Made by a program: the position numbers and the translations under genes
The notes under the pieces: model-generated
What the model was told of the DNA's origin: nothing
Seen by the model: the letters and a program-made list of their open reading frames with translations, nothing else
The model's database searches: none
Assembly (NCBI RefSeq): GCF_001598795.1
Contig: NZ_BCZP01000004.1
Span: 270,001 to 302,000 of the forward strand
Direction of reading: 5' to 3'
Length of the DNA stretch: 32,000 nucleotides
Origin: Delftia acidovorans NBRC 14950
GTDB taxonomy: Bacteria; Pseudomonadota; Gammaproteobacteria; Burkholderiales; Burkholderiaceae_C
In this document: in pieces, positions 16,205 to 25,720 of the stretch
Numbering within the stretch: the stretch's first letter is position 1
Layout of the letters: every line of letters starts with the position of its first letter

Positions 16205-16838
16205 GACGGCGCGCCGCCGCGCGCCGGCCTGCTGCCTGCGCCTGCTCCAGCCACTGCTGCACACGGGCGGCCTCGGCGCCGAGCACGGGGCCGAAGCTGT
16301 GTATGCGCACGGGCCGGATGCCGCTGAATTCCAGGATGGCGCGGCGCATCTGGTGGTGGCCCGGCATGTGCGCCACCCAGCGGTAGTACCAGGGCGGTGA
16401 ATCCATGCTCACCAGCAGGTCGGCCGTGCGGCCGGCCAGCAGCCGGTCCCACAGCACCGAGCCCTTGCGGTACTTGAACGCGAAGCCCGGCAGAAAGATG
16501 CGATCGATGAAGCCCTTGAGCAAGGCCGGCAGGCCGCCCCACCAGGTGGGATAGGCCCATGCCAGGTGGCTGGCCCAGAGGATGTCGGCCTGGGCCCGCT
16601 GCAGGTCAGGCTCCAGGGGCTGGTCCTGGCGGTAGCCGGCATGCAGCAGCGGGTTGAAGTCCAGTTCGCCCAGGCGCAGCAGGCGTACCTCGGCGCCGCT
16701 GTCGCGTGCGCCCTGTGCGTAGGCGTTGGCCAGGCCTGCGCACAGGCTGCTGGCCGACGGGTGGCCGAGGATGATCAGGATGCGCTGGGGATGCGTATCG
16801 GCAGGAGGGCGGGAGGTGCTTGGAGACATGGCACCCAT
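16188..16838 (-). CDS. NAD(P)H dehydrogenase (quinone), flavodoxin-like fold (Flavodoxin_2/NQO-type)
   Basis: RILIILGHPSASSLCAGLANAY...ADILWASHLAWAYPTWWGGLPALLKGFIDRIF is typical of KefF/MdaB/NQO-like FMN reductases. Downstream of merR on the same strand. Confidence 0.83.
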   Translation of the reverse strand: MGAMSPSTSRPPADTHPQRILIILGHPSASSLCAGLANAYAQGARDSGAEVRLLRLGELDFNPLLHAGYRQDQPLEPDLQRAQADILWASHLAWAYPTWWGGLPALLKGFIDRIFLPGFAFKYRKGSVLWDRLLAGRTADLLVSMDSPPWYYRWVAHMPGHHQMRRAILEFSGIRPVRIHSFGPVLGAEAARVQQWLEQAQAAGRRAAARRLKASV

Positions 16839-16889
16839 GTTCGCCTTGCCCCTTGGGGCAGGGTCAAGCCCCGTGCTCAGGCCCCGGGC

Positions 16890-17276
16890 TCAGGCCAATG
16901 CGGGTTCGCAGGCGCCCTGGGTACCTGCCGTCTCCAGGCTGCATTCGAGCAGTTCGCGCTCCAGCGCCGCCAACTGGGACTGCTGTGCCTGGAGGCGCCG
17001 GATGTCCGCCTGAACCTGGCTGCTGCGCTCGCGCAGCAGCCGGGCCAGGGCTTCCCAGCTTGCGGCCTCATGGATGCGGTGCAGGCCGTGCAGCTCGTCC
17101 AGCCGAAAGCCCAGTCCCAGCGCCTGGCGGATGCGCTGCACAAGCACCAGGTCCTGCTCGCCATAGATGCGGTAGCTGCCTGCCCGTGCCACGGCGCCGA
17201 GCAGGCCCCGTGATTCATACAGCCGGACGGCCTTGGGCGAGCAGCCGGCGCGTCGGGCGAGTTCTCCGATATACAT
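16890..17276 (-). CDS. MerR-family transcriptional regulator
   Basis: Internal ATG (residue 45) of ORF 16890..17408 gives MYIGELARRAGCSPKAVRLYESRGLL...YRIYGEQDLVLVQRIRQALGLGF, a MerR HTH followed by a coiled coil. Confidence 0.86.
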   Translation of the reverse strand: MYIGELARRAGCSPKAVRLYESRGLLGAVARAGSYRIYGEQDLVLVQRIRQALGLGFRLDELHGLHRIHEAASWEALARLLRERSSQVQADIRRLQAQQSQLAALERELLECSLETAGTQGACEPALA

Positions 17277-17398
17277 GGCGCGATCGTAGTCGTTGGCGGC
17301 GGGGTGTCCGGGGTCCGTGCCGCCTTGGCGCACAATGACCGGATCGCGGCGCTGGCTTCGCTCGAACGGTGCGCCGACCCATGACACGAGGACCCGCC

Positions 17399-18907
17399 AT
17401 GAACGCACGCACCCCTTCGCAGCTGCTGCAGCCCGCAGCCGCGCTTGACCAGATCAGCCGCTCCTGGGACGAGCGCATCGTCCCGGCGCTGACCGAGTAC
17501 ATCGCCATTCCCGCCAAGTCGCCCATGTTCGCGCCCGACTGGGAGCAGCAGGGCCACCTGGAGACCGTGCTGCGCAATGCGGCCGACTGGGTGCTGGCGC
17601 AGAAGGTGGCAGGCCTCACGCTGGAGATCGTGCGCCAGCCGGGCCGCACGCCGGTGCTGTTCTTCGAGGTGGAGGGCACGCAGGACAAGGCGGCCTCCAG
17701 CCCCACGGTGCTGATGTACGGCCATCTGGACAAGCAGCCCGAGTTCGACGGCTGGCGCAGCGACCTGGGCCCGTGGACGCCCAAGTACGAGAACGGCAAG
17801 CTCTATGGCCGCGGCGGCGCCGACGACGGCTATGCGGTCTACGCCAGCATCGCGGCCGTGCAGGAGCTCAAGCGCCAGGGCGTGCCGCACCCGCGCATCC
17901 TGGGCCTGATCGAGACCTGCGAGGAAAGCGGCTCGCGCGACCTGTTGCCCTATGTCGATGCCCTGCGTCCGCGCCTGGGCGATGTGGGCTTGGTGATCTG
18001 CCTGGACAGTGGTGCCGGCAACTACGACCAGCTGTGGCTGACCACCAGCCTGCGCGGCATGGCCAGCGGCACGCTGAAGGTGGAAATCCTCACCGAGGGC
18101 GTGCATTCGGGCGATGCCTCGGGCGTCGTGCCGTCGTCCTTCCGCATCCTGCGCCAGGTGCTGGACCGGCTGGAGGACAGCAAGACCGGGCGCCTGCTGC
18201 CTGCCAGCTTCCACTGCGAGGTGCCGGCCGAGCGCATGGCGCAGATGCGCGACACGGCGGCCATCCTGGGCGAGGAGACCTATGCCCGCTTCCCCTGGGC
18301 GCACTACGACTGCGGCGGCTCCACGCTGTTCGCCCTGCCCACCACCACCGACCCGGTCCAGGCCCTGGTCAAGCGCACCTGGGAGCCCACGTTGAGCGTG
18401 ACCGGTGCCGAGGGCCTGCCCGCGCTGCAGGATGCCGGCAACGTGCTGCGTCCCTATACCGCCTTCAAGCTCAGCCTGCGCCTGCCGCCCCTGGTCGATG
18501 CCGCCGCCTGCGTGCAGGAAATGAAGGCGCTGCTGGAGGACAACGCGCCCTACCAGGCCCGTGTGACCTGGCAGGGCCTGTCGGGCGCCAGCGGCTGGAA
18601 TGCGCCGGCCATGGACGGCTGGTTCGAGGACGCTCTCAACGCGGCAAGCCAGGCGCATTTCGGCGCCTCCTGCGGCTACATCGGCCAGGGCGGCACGATT
18701 CCGCTGATGAACATGCTCAGCCAGGGCTTTCCCAAGGCCCAGATGATGGTCTGCGGCGTTCTCGGACCCAAGAGTAATGCCCACGGTCCCAATGAATTCC
18801 TGCATGTGCCCTATGCCAAGAAGCTCACGGCCGCCGTGGCCCAGGTGATCGCCGCCATGGCCGGGGCGCAGGCAGCCGCCGAGGCGGGCGCTGCTGGCGT
18901 GGCGTGA
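17399..18907 (+). CDS. M20-family metallopeptidase/dipeptidase
   Basis: Start at MNARTPSQ. Metal-binding motifs YGHLDKQPEF and GRGGADDGYAVYA, followed by ETCEESGS. Confidence 0.85.
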   Translation: MNARTPSQLLQPAAALDQISRSWDERIVPALTEYIAIPAKSPMFAPDWEQQGHLETVLRNAADWVLAQKVAGLTLEIVRQPGRTPVLFFEVEGTQDKAASSPTVLMYGHLDKQPEFDGWRSDLGPWTPKYENGKLYGRGGADDGYAVYASIAAVQELKRQGVPHPRILGLIETCEESGSRDLLPYVDALRPRLGDVGLVICLDSGAGNYDQLWLTTSLRGMASGTLKVEILTEGVHSGDASGVVPSSFRILRQVLDRLEDSKTGRLLPASFHCEVPAERMAQMRDTAAILGEETYARFPWAHYDCGGSTLFALPTTTDPVQALVKRTWEPTLSVTGAEGLPALQDAGNVLRPYTAFKLSLRLPPLVDAAACVQEMKALLEDNAPYQARVTWQGLSGASGWNAPAMDGWFEDALNAASQAHFGASCGYIGQGGTIPLMNMLSQGFPKAQMMVCGVLGPKSNAHGPNEFLHVPYAKKLTAAVAQVIAAMAGAQAAAEAGAAGVA

Positions 18908-19797
18908 TGGCAGCGCCGGCCCCCGCACCCGCACCCGTTCCCGCACCTGCCTCGCAAGGCCAGGTCACGCGCCTTGCGTCCAGCGACGGCGCCGAGCTGT
19001 CACTGCGCGACTGGCCCGTGGACGGGGGCCAGGCGCGCGCCACCGTGCTGCTGGTGCACGGCCTGGGCGAGCACATCGGCCGCTATGAGGCGCTGGCCCG
19101 GCGCCTCAATGCCTGGGGCTATGCGGTGCGCGGCTACGACCAATACGGCCATGGGCGCTCGGCAGGGCCGCGCGGCGGCTTGACGGCCGATGGCCGGCTG
19201 CTGGATGACCTTGCGGCCGTGGTCGATGCCACGCGTGCCCAGCAGCCCGCTGGCCAGCCGCTGGTGCTGCTGGGCCACAGCCTGGGCGGCCTGGTGGCTG
19301 CGCTGTTCGTGGCGCGTGCCATCCGGCCTGTCGATGCGCTGGTGCTGTCTTCGCCGGCCCTCGACGTGGGCCTGTCGCCCATCCAGAAACTGCTCGTGGG
19401 CACGCTGCCGCGCCTGGTGCCCGACCTGCGCGTGTCCAACGGCCTGCAGATTCCCTATCTCTCGCATGACGCGGCGGTCTGCGATGCCTACCGTGCCGAT
19501 CCGCTTTGCCATGACCGCATCTGCGCGCGGCTGGCGCGGTTTCTGGCACAGTGCGGCCCGCAGGTGCTGGCCCGCGCGGGGCAGTGGAGCGTGCCCAGCC
19601 TATTGCTGTGGGCGGGGGACGACAGGCTGGTGGCGCCGGCCGGCAGCCAGGCCTTTTCCGACCGCGCGCCGCCAGCCGTGGTACAGGCGCAGCGCTTTGA
19701 CGGCGCCTACCACGAGCTGTTCAACGAGCGCGATGACTTCGCCGCGCCCGTGTTCGCGCGGCTGCGCGACTGGCTGGGCCGCTTCAGGCCAGCGTGA
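18907..19797 (+). CDS. Alpha/beta hydrolase (lysophospholipase/monoacylglycerol-lipase-like)
   Basis: VLLVHGLGEHIGRY with nucleophile elbow LLGHSLGG and a C-terminal AYHELFNE. Its start overlaps the stop of the M20 gene (GTGATG; the GTG at 18904 is an alternative). Confidence 0.85.
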   Translation: MAAPAPAPAPVPAPASQGQVTRLASSDGAELSLRDWPVDGGQARATVLLVHGLGEHIGRYEALARRLNAWGYAVRGYDQYGHGRSAGPRGGLTADGRLLDDLAAVVDATRAQQPAGQPLVLLGHSLGGLVAALFVARAIRPVDALVLSSPALDVGLSPIQKLLVGTLPRLVPDLRVSNGLQIPYLSHDAAVCDAYRADPLCHDRICARLARFLAQCGPQVLARAGQWSVPSLLLWAGDDRLVAPAGSQAFSDRAPPAVVQAQRFDGAYHELFNERDDFAAPVFARLRDWLGRFRPA

Positions 19798-20536
19798 GCG
19801 CCGCCAGCGCGGCCAGGGGCGCGGTTTCCGCGCGCAGCACGCGTGGCCCCAGCGTGACGGGCACAAAGCCCTGGGCGCGGGCCAGGGCCTCCTCGGCGGG
19901 CGACAGGCCGCCCTCGGGGCCGGAGAGAAAGACCACGGGTGCATCCTCGGCCGTGGCATCCAGGATCTCACCCAGCGGCCGCGTGCCCTCGCCCAGCGAC
20001 AGCAGCAGGCGCAGCGTGCCGGGCGGCAGCTGTTTCGCACCGCCCTCCAGCCAGTCCTCCAGGTCTGCAGGGGTGTGCAGCGGGGGAACGCGGTTGCGCG
20101 TGCACTGCTCGCAGGCCGATACGGCCACGGCCTGCCAGTGGGCGAGTTTTTTCTCGGCGCGCTCGCCCTTGAGCTTGAGCACGCTGCGCTCGGCCACCAG
20201 CGGGGTGATGCTGGCGGCGCCCAGCTCGGCCGCCTTCTCCACCAGCCAGTCCATGCGTTCGTTGGCCGTGATGCCGGCCAGCAGGTGCACGGGGCGCAGG
20301 GGCTCGCGTTCCACGGCGTGGTGCGCGCCTATGCGCACGGCCACGTCGCTGCGGCCCATGCGCAGCACGGTGGCCTCGAACTCGCCGCCGCTGAAGCCTT
20401 CGCCGGCGCGGCCTTCGAAGAGGGTGATGCCGTCGCCGGGCTGCAGGCGCAGCACCTGCACATGGCGCGCCGCGCCGGGCGGCAGGTCGATGTCGGCGCC
20501 GCTGCGCAGCGCAATGGGGCAGTGAAAGCGTGGCAT
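19784..20536 (-). CDS. rsmE: 16S rRNA (uracil1498-N3)-methyltransferase RsmE
   Basis: MPRFHCPIAL...GAARHVQVLRLQPGDGITLF (PUA-like N-terminus) and SPOUT C-terminus FLSGPEGGLSPAEE...LGPRVLRAETAPLAAL. Confidence 0.9.
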   Translation of the reverse strand: MPRFHCPIALRSGADIDLPPGAARHVQVLRLQPGDGITLFEGRAGEGFSGGEFEATVLRMGRSDVAVRIGAHHAVEREPLRPVHLLAGITANERMDWLVEKAAELGAASITPLVAERSVLKLKGERAEKKLAHWQAVAVSACEQCTRNRVPPLHTPADLEDWLEGGAKQLPPGTLRLLLSLGEGTRPLGEILDATAEDAPVVFLSGPEGGLSPAEEALARAQGFVPVTLGPRVLRAETAPLAALAALTLA

Positions 20537-20549
20537 GGCGTATCCGTTC

Positions 20550-21647
20550 TCAGACGCGCCCGTAGGCCCAGCCGACCTGGGGCTGGATGTTTTCGATCTG
20601 GTCCACCAGGCGCAGCAGCGGCGTCAGCTCGCGGTAGCGGCTGCAGATGGAGCGGATGTAGTGGATGAAGCGCGGCGCGTCGGCCAGGTAGCGGGGCTTG
20701 CCGTCGCGCAGCGTCAGCCGCGCGAAGATGCCGGCCACCTTGAGGTGGCGCTGCAGGCCCATCCACTCCACGCCCCGGTAGAACTCACCGAAATCGTCGC
20801 CCCAGCCGCTTTGGCTGCGCGCGCCGACCAATCCCGACTTGCGCGCCTTCTCCCAGTAACGCACGGTAATGTCGATGACAAAGTCCTCTTCCCAGCTGAT
20901 GAAGGCATCGCGCAGCAGGCTGGCGATGTCATAGGTCACCGGGCCATAGACCGCATCCTGGAAGTCCAGCACGCCCAGCGGGCCGCTGGCGGTCACGGGC
21001 TGCATGAGATTGCGCGTCATGAAGTCGCGGTGCACGAAGACGCTGGGTGCCGCCAGGTTGTGGGCCACGATCTGGTCGAAGGCCTTGGCCAGCGTGGCCT
21101 GCTGCCTGTCGTCGAGCACGGTCTCGCGGTAGCGCGCGATGTACCAGTCCGGGAACAGCTGCAGCTCGCGGCGCAGCAGCGCGTCGTCATACGCGGGAAG
21201 CACGTCGGGGCGCGAGGCGGTCTGCCAGGCCAGCAGCACCTCCAGCGCCGAGCGGTACCAGGCTTCCGCGTCCTGGGGCTTTTCCGGGTCCAGCGCCTCG
21301 ATGACGGTGTGGCCGCCCAGGTCGGACAGCAGCATGAAGCCGTGCGCCGCATCCCAGTCCAGGATCTGCGGCACGGCCAGCCCGGCCGAGGCCATCAGCG
21401 CCTGCACCTTGGCGAAGGGCGCGCAATCTTCCTTGTCCGGCGGGGCATCCATGACGATGAGGCTGGCGTCCGCGCTGGTGTCCAGGCGCAGATAGCGGCG
21501 AAAGCTGGCATCGGCCGAGGCAGGGCGCAGGGTTTCGGGGCGCAGCGCGTGGCGGGCGGACAGCGGGGCCAGCCAGGCGTCGAAGGCGGCGTGGCGGGCG
21601 GGGTCGGCCCAGACAACGCCGGCCGTGGGGGTGTTTGGATGGCTCAT
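20550..21647 (-). CDS. Aminoglycoside-phosphotransferase-fold kinase, AmgK-like (anomeric MurNAc/GlcNAc kinase candidate)
   Basis: Internal ATG (residue 63) of ORF 20550..21833. ASADASFRRYLRL, VFVHRDFMTRNLM (catalytic HRD-type loop) and VLDFQDAVYGPVTYDIASLL (DFQD). Divergent from lptD, as amgK is in Pseudomonas. Confidence 0.78.
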   Translation of the reverse strand: MSHPNTPTAGVVWADPARHAAFDAWLAPLSARHALRPETLRPASADASFRRYLRLDTSADASLIVMDAPPDKEDCAPFAKVQALMASAGLAVPQILDWDAAHGFMLLSDLGGHTVIEALDPEKPQDAEAWYRSALEVLLAWQTASRPDVLPAYDDALLRRELQLFPDWYIARYRETVLDDRQQATLAKAFDQIVAHNLAAPSVFVHRDFMTRNLMQPVTASGPLGVLDFQDAVYGPVTYDIASLLRDAFISWEEDFVIDITVRYWEKARKSGLVGARSQSGWGDDFGEFYRGVEWMGLQRHLKVAGIFARLTLRDGKPRYLADAPRFIHYIRSICSRYRELTPLLRLVDQIENIQPQVGWAYGRV

Positions 21648-21730
21648 GGATAATCGCGATTCTACAAACCGCCACCCCGGCGAATGCCCGGCGGTGATGC
21701 TAGGCTTGCGCCTTTGTCCACCCGCCGCTG

Positions 21731-24175
21731 TTGACCACCGTGTACCTCCGACCGCCGCTCCCCGATCCGCTGGCTGCCCGCGCGCCCGCGCGCCCCGCTG
21801 TACGCCCGCTGGCCTGGCTTGTGGCTCTCGCATGGGCCGGTGGCTCCACGATGGCCCAGGCCCAGCCCGCTGCAGCCGACGAAGGCCGGCTGCAGCAAGT
21901 CCGCCCGCTGCGTCCCAGCACGCTGATGCAGGAAACCTATCCCGAGGCAGTGCGCTCCCAGCAGCCCGTCTATGTGCGCGGTGACGCGCTCAGCGGCCAG
22001 CCGGACATCAACTCGGTGGTCGAGGGCAATGCCGAACTGCGCCGTGGCGACACCATGATCCGCGCCGACCGGCTCGAGTACCAGGTGCCCGACGACCGCG
22101 TCAATGCCTCGGGCGCGGTGCACATCAACCAGGCCGGCAATGTCTACGAGGGCACGCAGCTGGACCTGGAGGTCGATGCCTTCAAGGGCTTTTTCGACAA
22201 CGCCGGATATCGCTTCCTGGCCAATGGCGCCTACGGCAAATCCTCGCGCGTGGACTTCATCGACCGCGACCATGCCGTGGTCCACGATGCCACCTACACC
22301 ACCTGCCAGCGCGACGACGAGGCCAGCTGGGAGCCGGCCTGGATGCTGCGCGCCCGGACCCTGCACATCGATATGGCCGAGGAAGTGGGCGTGGCCGAGG
22401 GCGCGGCCCTGCAGTTCAAGGGCGTGACCGTGCTGCCCGTGCCGCGCATGAGCTTTCCGCTGTCGGACAAGCGCAAGTCGGGCCTGCTGCCTCCCACCAT
22501 GGGCCTGGACAAGCTCAGCGGCATCGAATACACGCAGCCCTACTACTGGAACCTTGCGCCCAACCGCGACATGACCCTGTATCCCTCGGTCATGAGCAAG
22601 CGCGGCGTCAACCTGGGCGCCCAGTTCCGCTACCTGGAGCCGACCTATTCGGGCGAGGCCTATGCGGCCTACATGCCCGGCGACCGCCAGCGTGACCGGG
22701 ACCGCTGGGCCTACTCGCTGCAGCACCGGGGCGTCATCGACTCGCCCATCGGTGGCCTGGGGTTGAACATGAACCTCAACCGCGTCAGCGACGACAACTA
22801 CTGGCGTGACTTCCCGCTGGCCGCGAAATCGCTGCGCGAGCGCCTGCTGCCCAACGATGTGAACCTGTCCTGGGCACGTGGCGACAATGTGCTGACCCTG
22901 CGCACCCTGTACTGGCAGACCATGCAGGATGCATCGGCGCCCATTGCCCCGCCCTACGGCATGAAGCCGCAGCTGCAATGGCGCTACACGCCGCTGGACC
23001 TGCCGCACGGCCTGGACTTCAGCTTTGTGGCCGACACCACGCGCTTCGAGATCGACAAGCCCCTGGCCGGCATGACCTACAACAACGGCCAGCGCAGCTA
23101 CATGCTGGCCCAGGTGAGCCGCCCCTTCCTGTCGCCGGGCGCCTTCATCACGCCCAGGATCCAGTTGCACACCAGCAACTACCAGGTGGACAGCCTGATG
23201 AGCAACGGCAGCCGCAATGCCTCGCGCACGCTGCCCACGGTCAGCGTGGACAGCGGGCTGGTGTTCGAGCGCGACACCACGCTGTTCGGCCGCCAGCTGC
23301 TGCAGACCTTCGAGCCGCGCGCCTTCTACACCTACACGCCCTACCGCGACCAGAGCTTTCTGCCGCTGTATGACACGGCGCGCAACGACTTCAACTTCGC
23401 GAGCATCTACTCCGAGAACGACTACAACGGCCAGGACCGCATTGCCGACAACCACCTGCTGACCCTGGGCGCGACCACGCGCCTGATCGACGGGGCCACG
23501 GGTGCGGAAAAGGCGCGCTTCGGCATTGCGCAGCGCGTGCGTTTCTCCGACCAGAAGGTCATCCTGCCCGGCGAGGTGCCGGCCACCAGCCGCCTGTCCG
23601 ACGTGCTGCTGGGTGCGGCCATCAACTGGACCGATGCCTGGTCTACCGAAGGCACGACCCAGTACAACCGCGACCTCAACCGCTCGGTGCGTACCACCTT
23701 TGGTGCGCGCTACAGCCCCAGCTCCTACCGCACGGTGAACGTGGCCTACCGTACCCAGTACGACACCGTGGCGCGTACCGACGCCAGCAAGCTGGTCGAT
23801 GTGGGCTGGCAATGGCCCATCAACGACCTGTGGGGCGACAAGGGGCGCGACCTGGGCGCTGGCCGTGGCCAGGGCGGCGGGCGCTGGTACACGGTGGGCC
23901 GGCTGAACTACAGCCTGAAGGACCGCAAGCTCGTCGATACCGTGGTCGGGCTGGAGTACGACGGCTGCTGCTGGATTGGCCGCGTGGTGCTGGAGCGCCT
24001 GCAAAGCTCCATCACCCAGTCCAACACCCGGCTGCTGTTCCAGATCGAGTTCGTCGGCTTCTCGCGGCTGAGCCTGGGTGCAGACCCGCAGCGCAGCCTC
24101 AAGCAGAATGTGCCGCGCTACCAGTACCTGCGCGAGTCCGTGACGCCTCCCAGCCGCTTCACCAACTACGATTAG
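21731..24175 (+). CDS. lptD: LPS-assembly outer-membrane protein LptD
   Basis: 814 aa. Signal-like LAWLVALAWAGGSTMAQA, OstA N-terminal domain (VVEGNAELRRGDTMIRADRLEY) and a long beta-barrel-type C-terminus. Followed by surA. The ORF-track start is TTG, so the exact start is uncertain. Confidence 0.92.
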   Translation: MTTVYLRPPLPDPLAARAPARPAVRPLAWLVALAWAGGSTMAQAQPAAADEGRLQQVRPLRPSTLMQETYPEAVRSQQPVYVRGDALSGQPDINSVVEGNAELRRGDTMIRADRLEYQVPDDRVNASGAVHINQAGNVYEGTQLDLEVDAFKGFFDNAGYRFLANGAYGKSSRVDFIDRDHAVVHDATYTTCQRDDEASWEPAWMLRARTLHIDMAEEVGVAEGAALQFKGVTVLPVPRMSFPLSDKRKSGLLPPTMGLDKLSGIEYTQPYYWNLAPNRDMTLYPSVMSKRGVNLGAQFRYLEPTYSGEAYAAYMPGDRQRDRDRWAYSLQHRGVIDSPIGGLGLNMNLNRVSDDNYWRDFPLAAKSLRERLLPNDVNLSWARGDNVLTLRTLYWQTMQDASAPIAPPYGMKPQLQWRYTPLDLPHGLDFSFVADTTRFEIDKPLAGMTYNNGQRSYMLAQVSRPFLSPGAFITPRIQLHTSNYQVDSLMSNGSRNASRTLPTVSVDSGLVFERDTTLFGRQLLQTFEPRAFYTYTPYRDQSFLPLYDTARNDFNFASIYSENDYNGQDRIADNHLLTLGATTRLIDGATGAEKARFGIAQRVRFSDQKVILPGEVPATSRLSDVLLGAAINWTDAWSTEGTTQYNRDLNRSVRTTFGARYSPSSYRTVNVAYRTQYDTVARTDASKLVDVGWQWPINDLWGDKGRDLGAGRGQGGGRWYTVGRLNYSLKDRKLVDTVVGLEYDGCCWIGRVVLERLQSSITQSNTRLLFQIEFVGFSRLSLGADPQRSLKQNVPRYQYLRESVTPPSRFTNYD

Positions 24176-24216
24176 AGCCAACGCTCCAAACACGCTTTTT
24201 GCAAGGCATCTCTCCC

Positions 24217-25644
24217 ATGCGTTTTCTTTCCCAGACCCATTGCTGCGCAGCTGCCGCTGTGGCGCTGGCCTTGCTGGCCACCACAGCCCAGGCGCAAGGC
24301 CTGCGTGTTCCGGGCCAGTCCAGGGCGCCCCAGGCTGGCGATGCCTCCGTCTCGCGTGCGCTGGACGCCACCAACCTGCCCTCGTCGCGCGATCGCGGCG
24401 CCAAGGCAGGCGTGCGCTCGGCCGACTACATCGTCGCCGTGGTCAACTCCGAGCCGGTGACCAACAACGAAGTGCGTGCCCGCATGGCGCGCGTGGCGCA
24501 GAACATTGCCGAGCAGGGCGGCCAGATGCCGCCCGAGGCGCTGCTGGCCCGCGAGGTGCTGGAGCGCCTGATCGTCGAAAAGGCCCAGCTGCAGGAAGCC
24601 AAGGACACGGGCCTGCGCGTGGATGACTACGCCGTGGACCAGGCGCTGACCAATGTGGCGCGGCAAAACGGCCTGGACAAGGCGGGCCTGCAGTCCCGCC
24701 TGCGGGCCGAAGGCGTGAACGAAAAGCAGTTCCGCGAAGAGCTGCGCCGCCAGATCACGCTGCAACGTCTGCGCGAGCGCGATGTGGACGGCCGCGTGCG
24801 CGTCACCGATGCCGACATCGATCGCTACCTGGCTGAGCAGCGCAGCGGCGGTGCCGACAAGGCACCGGCCGCCGTGAACCTGGGCCACATCCTGATTTCC
24901 GTGCCCGAGAACGCCAGCCCCGCCGAAGTGGCCGAGCGCGAGGCCCGCGCCAAGCAGGCCGCCGAGGCCGCCCGCACGCAAGGCGACTTCCTGGCCGTGG
25001 TCAAGGAGTTCTCCGATGTGCCCGACGGCCAGGGCGGCGGCGCCATGGGCATGCGCCCGCTGGACCGCTATCCCGAGCTGTTCACCAAGGCCGTGGGCCA
25101 GACGGCGCAGGGCGGCATCGTCGGCCCCTTCCGTTCGGGCGCGGGCTTTCACGTGCTCAAGGTGCTGGAGAAGTCGCAGGCTGGCATGCCGTCCGTGGTC
25201 ACGCAAAACCATGCGCGCCACATCCTGCTGCGCATTGGCGACCAGATGACCGAGGCCGATGCCGCCAAGCGCCTGGCCGACTACAAGCGCCGCGTGGACA
25301 GCGGCCAGGCCAGCTTCGAATCGCTGGCCCGCGAGTTCTCGCAGGACGGCAGCGCGCGCAACGGCGGCGACCTGGGCTGGGCCTCGCCCGGCCAGTTCGT
25401 GCCCGAGTTCGAGCAGGTGCTCAATGCGCTGCAGCCCGGCCAGGTCAGCGACCCGCTGGTCTCGCGCTTCGGTGTGCACCTGATCCAGCTCATCGAGCGC
25501 CGCCAGGCTGCGCTGACGCCGCGCGAGCAGCGCGACATGGTGCGCAACGTGGTGCGCGAGCGCAAGCTCGAAACCGACTACCAGACCTGGCTTCAGGAAC
25601 TGCGTGGCCGCGCCTATGTCGAGTACCGCGAGCCTCCGCAATAA
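24217..25644 (+). CDS. surA: Periplasmic chaperone/peptidyl-prolyl isomerase SurA
   Basis: Internal ATG (residue 136) of ORF 23812..25644. Signal peptide [28 protein letters not shown], then [15 protein letters not shown] and two parvulin domains (the second has [18 protein letters not shown]). Confidence 0.93.
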   Translation: MRFLSQTHCCAAAAVALALLATTAQAQGLRVPGQSRAPQAGDASVSRALDATNLPSSRDRGAKAGVRSADYIVAVVNSEPVTNNEVRARMARVAQNIAEQGGQMPPEALLAREVLERLIVEKAQLQEAKDTGLRVDDYAVDQALTNVARQNGLDKAGLQSRLRAEGVNEKQFREELRRQITLQRLRERDVDGRVRVTDADIDRYLAEQRSGGADKAPAAVNLGHILISVPENASPAEVAEREARAKQAAEAARTQGDFLAVVKEFSDVPDGQGGGAMGMRPLDRYPELFTKAVGQTAQGGIVGPFRSGAGFHVLKVLEKSQAGMPSVVTQNHARHILLRIGDQMTEADAAKRLADYKRRVDSGQASFESLAREFSQDGSARNGGDLGWASPGQFVPEFEQVLNALQPGQVSDPLVSRFGVHLIQLIERRQAALTPREQRDMVRNVVRERKLETDYQTWLQELRGRAYVEYREPPQ

Positions 25645-25685
25645 GACACCCCCCGAGCAGCTGCGGCTGCGGCAGTCCACAATGG

Positions 25686-25718
25686 AAGGCGGTGCCATGG
25701 CGCACCGCCTTGCTTTTT
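25686..25718 (+). terminator. Terminator-like hairpin between surA and rsmA
   Basis: AAGGCGGTGC-CATGGC-GCACCGCCTT (10-bp stem) followed by GCTTTTT. The T run ends 2 nt before the rsmA ATG. Confidence 0.55.
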
Positions 25719-25720
25719 CT

